A stretch of 63,386 nucleotides of DNA, the filler included, from Octopus bimaculoides (lineage: Eukaryota): assembly GCF_001194135.2 (NCBI RefSeq). It is 6 parts of 6 records of this genome, joined end to end, with 100 filler letters (N's around TTAATTAATTAA, not from the genome) between each part and the next. Parts side by side here need not be neighbours in the genome. Positions count along the whole stretch, not along the records: positions 47,781 to 59,573 come from NC_068994.1; positions 59,674 to 60,867 come from NC_068983.1; positions 60,968 to 62,066 come from NW_026308531.1; positions 62,167 to 63,386 come from NW_026359348.1; 2 more parts are not named here. One strand, written 5' to 3'. The notes below the pieces were generated by a model, which saw nothing but the letters and a program-made list of their open reading frames with translations, did no database searches and was not told the DNA's origin. Made by a program: the position numbers and the translations under genes. Each line of letters opens with the position of its first letter. Position 1 is the first letter of the stretch. Below are positions 53,101 to 63,386 of this stretch, piece by piece.

Positions 53101-54104
53101 AAGTCCTTGCTCCAAACTTTGAAAGTAATATTTAATTCACTCTTATCACTGTACTTTTTTTTTTTCAATTAGAACCCTAAGTTTTACTAATTCTTGTAAC
53201 TATATCGTAATTTTTTCTATAGATCTTTTTATTTTACATTATTTTATCCTTTTATTGTTACCTAATTGCATTATACTAATTAAAAGTTTAACCTTTACAT
53301 AATTCTTTTAATCCATTCTCACCACTAAAAATATTAATCACTATGCACAATTTCTGGCCATCGAATGTTTTACATATAGATTTCATTCCTATGTAATATT
53401 TCTCGTTTATTCCGTCTCTTTTCATATCATTTCACTTTATTTCTTTTTATCTCATAGTTGATTACCTTTCTGTTCTTTAAATTTAATCAACTATCATTTG
53501 CATATTTATCTAATCTTGCATCATTGTAAGCTTTTTCTAGTTATGCAGTTCAATTTTTCTCATTCACACGTCGTATATCTATATCTAATTATTCATTTAA
53601 TCAGCCAACCTTATACTACTCCGCTCAATCTATCCCTTTTTCTTTGTCATTAGCAATTGTTCTATCTTTGCTGTTTTTCAGCCTATATAAATTTATCTTA
53701 AATTTATCTGTTCATAGTTCTATCAATACATTGTCTCAGATCTCTGTCAATTTTTAATTCACTCAATTATTTCCGTTACCACACTCTTAATCAATTGGCA
53801 CATTTGCAATACACTACATTAAGAAAAAATTTACTTATCCAGTTTGTCATTGATTTCCGAGTCAATGATCCCTCAAATGTTTTGGCTGTGAGTATGCGCA
53901 AAAGGCTATTTTTGAGCAAATTTTTGTCCTTCCTTCAAAAGTATGAATGTATCCATGCATTCATATCTTCAATTTTAAAGAAATTTGATTTGATCCTGAT
54001 ACTCCGGCGCACAATTTTGTTTCTTTTATTTGTGCACAATGTATAAAAATGCGTACAGCTTTGAGAGAACATTTTTTTAAAGTAAGATTTGGCATCAGGC
54101 GAAC

Positions 54105-54475
54105 AGTTTCGTGGGTCGGGGGTCGGGGGAATAAGTTGATTACATCGACCCCAATACTCTATCAACATTTATTTTATCGACCCCCGAAATTATAAAAGGT
54201 AAAAATGACCCCGGCAGCATTTGAACTCAGAACATAAAGTCGGAAGAAATGCCTTTAAGCATTTCTTTCACTACAACTTTCACTCTTTCTTCCTGTTTCT
54301 GTTGTACCTGTATTTCGAAAGGTCAGCCTTGTCACAATATGTCACGCTGAATCTCCCCGAGAACTACATTAAGGGTACACGTGTCTTTGGAGTGGTCAGT
54401 TAATTTCACGAACAGGCTGTTCTGTTGATCGGATCAACTGGAACCCTCATCGTCGTAACCGACGGAGTGCCACGA
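54105..54475. mobile_element. SINE family A (-, 54105-54262) abutting family B (+, 54265-54475)
   Basis: tttatcgacccccgaaa core, then ctttcactctttcttcctgtttctgttgtacctg...gacggagtgcc. Confidence 0.8.
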
Positions 54476-54532
54476 CAATATATACACATACATGCATGCA
54501 TACATTTGTATAAAAGTAATTGCGAATATAGA

Positions 54533-54576
<44 letters not shown>

Positions 54577-54583
54577 GTGTGTG

Positions 54584-54628
<45 letters not shown>

Positions 54629-56287
54629 ATTTATATATATATATATGTATATTTATATATATACATATTTATAATTATACATTTATATACATATNNNNNN
54701 NNNNNNNNNNNNNNNNNNNNNNNNNNNNNNNNNNNNNNNNNNNNNNNNNNNNNNNNNNNNNNNNNNNNNNNNNNNNNNNNNNNNNNNNNNNNNNNNNNNN
54801 NNNNNNNNNNNNNNNNNNNNNNNNNNNNNNNNNNNNNNNATATATATATATATATATATATATATTGCCAGGGCCCCAGCATAGCCAAAACGTTTGGGCT
54901 GAAGTGTATAGAAGGGTGAAAGAATAGGGAGTGGCGAATGTCAACGTTCTAGCAAAATAAAACAGTTAATATTTTATGTCTAGAAATTTACGTTATAACA
55001 TTTGGAAAACAAAGAACAAAGTTAACGTATTTCGCATTTATTCCATTTAACGGTCTATCTGAGACAGATGCTTCCTTTGGTATACTTGAGTGTTCAGTGC
55101 AGCCGTTTAAAACAGCGTGCGGAGGTTAGTATATATCTATGTATGCATAATATATGTCCGTATAAATAGTGAGAGCTTAAAAGAAATCAGGAATCAGCTA
55201 CTACAGTTAGTTCAAAGAACTGCCATTTGTAGAAGTCAGGTCGATTGACTATGGAGGTGAATACATGTTAAGAAGAATAATAATATGCATTTTTATTTTA
55301 TTTTATTTTATTTTATTTTATTTCACCTTGCCCAAAGGTATTGCCAGCGTGATATGAGATGTCAGTGATATTAGATGTCCGTTTTTCTTTTGATCCTATC
55401 TCTGACGATTGTAACCGGAAGCTGAAAAATGTTATTTACACCTCTCATCTTAAACCATTCATTTATGAAGATAACAGTTACATGATATCTGACTGCTTTA
55501 AAATGAGCACGACTGAAGTAGACATGTTGTAAACACGCACACAAACACACGTACATCATACACGTGCGTATGTACATGTGTATATATATATATATNNNNN
55601 NNNNNNNNNNNNNNNNNNNNNNNNNNNNNNNNNNNNNNNNNNNNNNNNNNNNNNNNNNNNNNNNNNNNNNNNNNNNNNNNNNNNNNNNNNNNNNNNNNNN
55701 NNNNNNNNNNNNNNNNNNNNNNNNNNNNNNNNNNNNNNNNNNNNNNNNNNNNNNNNNNNNNNNNNNNNNNNNNNNNNNNNNNNNNNNNNNNNNNNNNNNN
55801 NNNNNNNNNNNNNNNNNNNNNNNNNNNNNNNNNNNNNNNNNNNNNNNNNNNNNNNNNNNNNNNNNNNNNNNNNNNNNNNNNNNNNNNNNNNNNNNNNNNN
55901 NNNNNNNNNNNNNNNNNNNNNNNNNNNNNNNNNNNNNNNNNNNNNNNNNNNNNNNNNNNNNNNNNNNNNNNNNNNNNNNNNNNNNNNNNNNNNNNNNNNN
56001 NNNNNNNNNNNNNNNNNNNNNNNNNNNNNNNNNNNNNNNNNNNNNNNNNNNNNNNNNNNNNNNNNNNNNNNNNNNNNNNNNNNNNNNNNNNNNNNNNNNN
56101 NNNNNNNNNNNNNNNNNNNNNNNNNNNNNNNNNNNNNNNNNNNNNNNNNNNNNNNNNNNNNNNNNNNNNNNNNNNNNNNNNNNNNNNNNNNNNNNNNNNN
56201 NNNNNNNNNNNNNNNNNNNNNNNNNNNNNNNNNNNNNNNNNNNNNNNNNNNNNNNNNNNNNNNNNNNNNNNNNNNNNNNNNNNNNNN

Positions 56288-56470
56288 NTGTTTGAAATTT
56301 ACAGAAAAACAAAAGACGAAGACAGGTATATAAACAACAAGCAGGTTTGACGCTCGGGAAGGTGGGAAAGTTTTTACATTTCGAGCCTACGCTCTTCAAC
56401 AGAAAGGATCACGAGGAAAGAATCAGAGAGAGAATAAAACAAAACTTGTGGATTTAGCGATCAAACATAG
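56288..56470 (-). mobile_element. Probable Penelope-type terminal repeat remnant with hammerhead-like motif
   Basis: Second copy of 35445-35660; minus strand cctttCTGTTGAAGAGCGTAGGCTCGAAATGTA. Confidence 0.55.
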
Positions 56471-57162
56471 TCACTCCAATATGCTATTTTGAAGCTACTG
56501 TCCTGAAGATGCAAGAGTGTCCATTCGTAGTTTCTCTACAGTCAAACTTCAAATTACATTCATTCAATATTGATCAAAATGTTCTATTTAGTTTTTAAAT
56601 TTCATAAGAAACAACTTCTTGATTTATAAAGATTTAATGAATACTCTACCTTATGGAAGGGAAGTAGTGCTATAATCTTAAAATTAGATCAAATGTTTAA
56701 AGATATTCAGAAATATATCTGCATCTATATTTAACTTCTATAGAATTATATAACACCTAATTTACGAATTAACAACGTTTTTTAATGCCTCATAATTATT
56801 TTATTGCAGGAATTAAGAATTCTTACCAGGGTTATATATCTTAAATATACTTTAAATATTCTTTAAGCTCGTAGTCGAAGCTCTAATGTGTATTTTGAGA
56901 TGTAAACTGTGAATGTCGAATATTTTACATACATGATTTTGAGCTAACGTTTCTGTTAGGAATAGCAACTACATACATTTCATCCACATCACATGCCAAT
57001 GAAATAGCACTATTTTTGTCTTTGTGATGCACTGGAGACCAAATAAAAAATATGGTCTACTTCCCGGAGGAGAATGAGTGCATTACATAGAAATACGTTT
57101 AAAAGTTTATACTTTTTGTCTAACAATGTTTAGTGAAACACGTTTCACATGACATTGGTACA

Positions 57163-57570
57163 TTACTCTTTTACTCTTTTACTTGTTTCAGTCATTTGAC
57201 TGCGGCCATGCTGGAGCACCACCTTTAGTCGAGCAAATCGACCCCATGACTTATTCTTTGTAAGCCTAGTACTTATTCTATCGATCTCTTTTGCCGAACC
57301 GCTAAGTTACAGGAACGTAAACACACCACCATCGGTTGTCAAGCGATGTTGGTGGGACAAACACAGACACACAAACATATACACACACATATATACATAT
57401 ACATGTATACGACAGGCTTCTTTCAGTTTCCGTCTACCAAATCCACTCGCAAGGCTTTGGTCGGCCCGAGGCTATAGTAGAAGACACTTGCCTAAGGTGC
57501 CACGCAGTGAGAATGAACCCGGAACCATGTGGTTGGTAAGCAAGCTACTTACCACACAGCCACTGTTGCG
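57163..57570 (-). mobile_element. Full-length SINE family C (CORE-like) with an internal (CA/TA) microsatellite
   Basis: Head agtggctgtgtggtaagtagcttgcttaccaaccacatggttccgggttc, core caccttaggcaagtgtcttct, tail gactgaaacaagtaaaagagtaaaagag. Confidence 0.88.
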
Positions 57571-58922
57571 CCTAATTATATATTTTTTTAATTCTGTGGA
57601 ATCCCTACATACCGTTTGTGATACATCCTTAAGCAGCATCATTTGAGAACCACCATCCGAGATTTTGCTCGATACATAAAACACTTTTAGGTTGGTTACA
57701 TTCTGAACTCATTTGATCATAAATTTGCTCGTTCAAGAACTAAGTATGTTTTAAACCCCATAATCATATTTTCTTGCTGGGCTACGCATAAGCATCTAAG
57801 ACTGTATCGTAAAAAAACCCGGGTAAGTAAAGTGGTAAAGGCACTATGAGCAGTAGACTATAACTTTTGGTTCAAAGTTACACTGCTTCTTTTCATTCTC
57901 TTTGTGCTTTTCTGCAACTTCGATAACGAATATTATTTTAAAACCATTCAACACACATTTTGCTATTCCTCTTGTCTGTATTAATCTACCTCAAATCTCA
58001 GGCCACCACTAACACTTTCGCATTCATTCTTAAACCTTCTTATGAAGAAAGTAAATCCCTAATCGATCACGTTTACTTAGTGACGTACAGGCTGAACGTC
58101 ATCTTTATCGACCTCATCAATTACGAATGCCATAGGGATATTCTTCCTGTAAGCTGAACAATTTCAAAAAAGAAAAAAAAATTTCAAAAATTAACGTTTT
58201 CGATCATCGATCCCTAGTCTAAAACGAATTATTTTCATGAATTTGACAAACAAGGACAAATGACCATGGAAGCTCCGGCTCCGCCCAAGGTGATGAAAGT
58301 ACGGCTGTTAATTTTCATCATGGGGTTATTCTGATCGGGCATTTCTTAAAATTTTAGTTCTTAGATAATCAACTCCCAAATAATTATTCAACGTCTCCTA
58401 TATTTTATCTTTTACTTAATTTCANNNNNNNNNNNNNNNNNNNNNNNNNNNNNNNNNNNNNNNNNNNNNNNNNNNNNNNNNNNNNNNNNNNNNNNNNNNN
58501 NNNNNNNNNNNNNNNNNNNNNNNNNNNNNNNNNNNNNNNNNNNNNNNNNNNNNNNNNNNNNNNNNNNNNNNNNNNNNNNNNNNNNNNNNNNNNNNNNNNN
58601 NNNNNNNNNNNNNNNNNNNNNNNNNNNNNNNNNNNNNNNNNNNNNNNNNNNNNNNNNNNNNNNNNNNNNNNNNNNNNNNNNNNNNNNNNNNNNNNNNNNN
58701 NNNNNNNNNNNNNNNNNNNNNNNNNNNNNNNNNNNNNNNNNNNNNNNNNNNNNNNNNNNNNNNNNNNNNNNNNNNNNNNNNNNNNNNNNNNNNNNNNNNN
58801 NNNNNNNNNNNNNNNNNNNNNNNNNNNNNNNNNNNNNNNNNNNNNNNNNNNNNNNNNNNNNNNNNNNNACTATCAAATTTCAGCGGTCCAGCATGGCGAA
58901 TCAATATCTCTATCTATATTTA

Positions 58923-58961
<39 letters not shown>

Positions 58962-59006
58962 TTATCTATCTATTTATCTATCTATCGATATATGCATATA
59001 TGTGTG

Positions 59007-59049
<43 letters not shown>

Positions 59050-59144
59050 ATCAGTTATGCTACCTCATTTGAAATACCAACTGTTTAGAGTCTATCTATC
59101 TATCTGTATGTATGTATGTATGCATATGTGTAGATATTTATGCA

Positions 59145-59183
<39 letters not shown>

Positions 59184-59699
59184 GTGTGTGTGTTTTTGTG
59201 TGCATGTGTGTGTATAGATATATGTAAAGTATATATTTGTATGTGTAAGAATTTACATATGTATATGTGTATATGTATATGTTTATATATTATAGATACG
59301 CACACACACTCACACACACACATACACACAAACATACATAAACATATATATACATATTCGTGTGAAAGAGAGTGTACCTATGTATATACTCACCAACTGT
59401 ACACCACGTAAGATGTTGCGCTGTCGTATTACCTCGATATCATATCAGATGATGGATTATTTAAAAAGAAAAGATAAAACGAAACTAAGCATAAAACAAA
59501 AATCGAAAAAACGAGAGAAAAATCGAATAGAAAGCAACAACACATAAAAATGTATATATATATATATATATATNNNNNNNNNNNNNNNNNNNNNNNNNNN
59601 NNNNNNNNNNNNNNNNNTTAATTAATTAANNNNNNNNNNNNNNNNNNNNNNNNNNNNNNNNNNNNNNNNNNNNTATGTATGTATGTATGTATGTTTGTT

Positions 59700-59910
59700 T
59701 GTATGTTTGTGCATCTGTATTTGTCGCCCCCACAATCGCTTGACAACTGATGTTGGTGTGTTTATTTCCCCGTAACTTAGTGTTTTCGGAAAAATAGACC
59801 AATAGAATAAGTACTAGGCTTACAAAAAATAAGTCCTGGGATCGATTTGTTCGACTAAAGGTGGTGCTCCAACACTGCCGCAGTCAAATGACTGAAACAA
59901 GAAAAAGAAT
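59700..59910 (+). mobile_element. SINE family C 3' half
   Basis: cgcttgacaactgatgttggtgtg...cgcagtcaaatgactgaaacaag. Confidence 0.8.
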
Positions 59911-60694
59911 AAAATAATACATACATATATACTAAATTTTTTTTTTACTTTTGTGTTTACTTGTTTCACACATTCGACTCGAGAAGCGATATTGGGTTGA
60001 CAAACACAGACACATATACACACGCCCGGTGGTGGTGGGGGGTTCATAGATGAACTACAAAAGCTACTACTACTACAGGTCAATAAATTAAGTACCAGTT
60101 GCGAACTAGGGTCGATCTAATCGACGGAACCTCTCCCCCAAAATTTCTGACTTTGTGCCTAGAGTAGAAAATAATAATTATCTATTATCTATGCTTGTGT
60201 TAATTCCTCAAGGCAGATGTCATTTGGATAATTTGAAGAAGAAAGCTGTGCAAGACAATCTCGCAGACAAATCAACAAATTCTTGAAAAAACTGCCTCAT
60301 ACTCTAGTAGAACGTCAGTACACTATTAAAACGTTAGTACACCATTAGAACGTTAGACTGCATTTCTGAAAGTAGCATACCACATTTCCGTACTTGAAAA
60401 TGCGAAAGCGTTCAATATATTCACTGGGTAACTGTAGAAAGAATATACTGTTATTGCGATGGTAAAGAAGATTGATATCAGATGCTCAGTATAATTGCCA
60501 ACTCAGGAGTGTAAAAAGAATTTAAGAAATCTAAAAATTGTCACGTACACATATTTAGTTTATGGCTTTCTTTAGGTATAGATATGTATGCCGTGTGCTT
60601 GCACGTGTCGACAGGTATTTATACAAAAGAGGAAGAATATTGTAAGGGCGATATATAACACAGTGTAAAAAGATGTAGTTGGAAGCGAAACTAG

Positions 60695-60776
<82 letters not shown>

Positions 60777-60976
60777 ACTACTACATCTTTGTTTTCTGCT
60801 GTACGTCTGTGTATTTAGTATATATTCATATGTTTATTTCCTACACGTGCTTTAGAATTATATATGTNNNNNNNNNNNNNNNNNNNNNNNNNNNNNNNNN
60901 NNNNNNNNNNNTTAATTAATTAANNNNNNNNNNNNNNNNNNNNNNNNNNNNNNNNNNNNNNNNNNNNATCAGCTGT

Positions 60977-61021
60977 CGAACGCCGACGAAGGGAAATAAC
61001 CCTGAAATCCGGATACGTTCG
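60977..61021 (+). ncRNA. Type I hammerhead ribozyme fold (U4C core variant)
   Basis: Stem I CGAACG/CGTTCG (60977-82/61016-21); core CCGACGA (60983-89); stem II AGGG/CCCT with loop AAATAA; GAAA (61004-07); palindromic stem III ATCCGGAT; AUA cleavage triplet ending at 61015. Confidence 0.7.
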
Positions 61022-61174
61022 TGCTGCTGGTCGAGGTGAGAGGGATAACTCCCTTGGCAAACAGGACACAGTCGTGTGTCGATAAGCCAGCTGGAGGAGA
61101 TGTCCTCCTGGGGCTAAAAGCAACAGTAACATCCACCCCTAGGGGTCAGCCACACTTAAGTGGCAATATACTAC

Positions 61175-61206
<32 letters not shown>

Positions 61207-61211
61207 GCTAC

Positions 61212-61267
<56 letters not shown>

Positions 61268-61499
61268 CGACTTTTCGAGTGTTGTGTAATTAGTAAATAT
61301 ATGAACTTTAACAATGTTATGAAAAGTAAATAAACTACTTTAAACACAAGTTTTTTTTTCTCTCTCCCTATCGCTTGAAGAAAGTTATGACTAGTTTCAA
61401 GGCTTAACAAACTCTCATTAGAGATCGGTGTCGAAGACAAATAACATTTAAAGCCATGGACTAGATGTAATAGATTACATTATTAAATATTCTCTGTGG

Positions 61500-61650
61500 G
61501 ACTATGATAGGCGGTTTACTCCACAACTGCATGGCTCCGGGTTCAGTCCCACTACATGGCGCCTTGTACAAGTGTCTTCTCCTACAGCTCCGGGTCGGCC
61601 AAAGCGTTGTTAGTGGACTTGTGAGACGCTGACTAAGAGAACCCCGCCGT
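61500..61650 (+). mobile_element. SINE family C 5' part
   Basis: gggttcagtcccactacatggcgccttgtacaagtgtcttct...gccaaagcgttg. Confidence 0.7.
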
Positions 61651-61808
61651 ATATATATATATATATATAGATAGACAGATAGATAGATCGATAGATAGAT
61701 ACATACATACATACATACATACATACATACATACATACGTACATACATACATACATACATACATACATACAAACACACACGTGTTTGTATGTGTGTATGT
61801 GTGTGTGT

Positions 61809-61879
<71 letters not shown>

Positions 61880-62035
61880 CATTCGTCGGTCTCGAGAGGC
61901 CATGGATTTGAGCCCGAAGAAATCGTATCAGCTGTTGATGGTGGTGCAGTGTCTGTTGTGGCTGTAAAGACCCACGCGGGAGTGGCAGTCACGATACATA
62001 ATATACATATGCACGCCTGCCTCTGTGTGTGTGTT

Positions 62036-62066
<31 letters not shown>

Positions 62067-62166
62067 NNNNNNNNNNNNNNNNNNNNNNNNNNNNNNNNNN
62101 NNNNNNNNNNTTAATTAATTAANNNNNNNNNNNNNNNNNNNNNNNNNNNNNNNNNNNNNNNNNNNN

Positions 62167-63386
62167 ATATATAAAGAAAAAAAAATAAATATATATAAAA
62201 TTTATATATATATATATAAATAAATAAATATATAAATAGATAAATATATAAATAGATACATAAATGAATATATAAACATTTAAATAAATAAATATATAAA
62301 TAAATATATAATTAAACAGATAATTATATAAATAAATATATATATATATGAATAAATAAATATATAAATTAATTAATATATAAAGAAAAATAAATAAATA
62401 TATATAAAATATATATATATATAAATAAATAAATATCTTAATAAATATATAAATATAAATAGATAAATATATAAATAAATACATAAATGAATATATATAT
62501 GAATAAATAAATAAATATATAAATAAATATATATATAAATAAGTAAATAAATATATAAATAATTAAATAAATATATAAATAAATAAATATACATTTAAAT
62601 AAATAAATATATAAATAAATATATAATTAAACAGATAAATATGTAAATAAATATATATATGAATAAATAAATATATAGAAATATATACATATAAATAAAT
62701 ATAAAATAAATAAATAAATATATTAAAATAAATAAATATATAAATAAATATAAATATGAATAAATAAATATATATAAAGAGATATATATAAATAAATATA
62801 TATATATAAATAAATAAATATATAAATAAATACATAAATAAATATATAAATAAATAAATATATATATATAACAATAAATATATCAATAAATAAATAAAAA
62901 TACATATTCATAAATAAATATATAAATAAACAGATAAATATATGAATAAATATATGTATGAATAAGTAAATATATACAAATATATATATATATATATATA
63001 TATAAATATATATATATATAAATATAAAATAAAAGAAATATATAAATAAATATATACATAAATAAATAAATATATATAAATAAAAATATAAATGAATAAA
63101 TATATATATAAATAAATAAATATATAATTCAAAATATATACATATAAATAAATATATAAAATATATATATATATAAATAAATAAATATATAAATAAATAA
63201 ATAAATATATATATAAATAAATATATATATATGTAAATACATATATATATATATAAATACATATACAAATAATCATTTATATATATAAATATATATATAT
63301 AAATAAATACATATTTATAAATAAATATATAAATACATAAATAAAAATATAAATAAAAATATAAATAAATACATATATATATAAAT
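62167..63386. repeat. Almost pure A/T satellite (ataaat/atat/aaat units), over 1.2 kb
   Basis: Very few G/C bases; runs to the window end. Confidence 0.9.

Noticed and set aside
55353-55532. Short ORF MSVILDVRF...TEVDML
   Set aside because: Under 60 codons, bounded by stops, with no recognisable motif.

Overview
AT-rich, microsatellite-dense, gapped eukaryotic scaffold. The SINE families and repeat landscape suggest a coleoid cephalopod, most likely Octopus (inference). Two host genes are supported. (1) An intronless GFOD1/2-type oxidoreductase on the minus strand (4212-5396). (2) A previously unapparent three-exon secreted cystine-knot ligand of the neurotrophin/Spaetzle type on the plus strand (34394-34417, 37370-37479, 46536-46866; 154 aa with signal peptide, dibasic cleavage sites and a 100-aa, 7-Cys mature domain). 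The rest is mostly decayed mobile DNA: a Merlin transposase, a Ty3/Gypsy LTR element, an RTE LINE, several mariners, hAT and mariner MITEs, Penelope-like fragments and more than 20 tRNA-derived SINE copies. Other notable signals are a type I hammerhead ribozyme fold (60977-61021) plus three degenerate hammerhead-like motifs, long hairpins, a SINE stack sharing one target duplication, and a CpG-depleted block of about 12.5 kb. SINE/TE boundaries are approximate unless TSDs are given.
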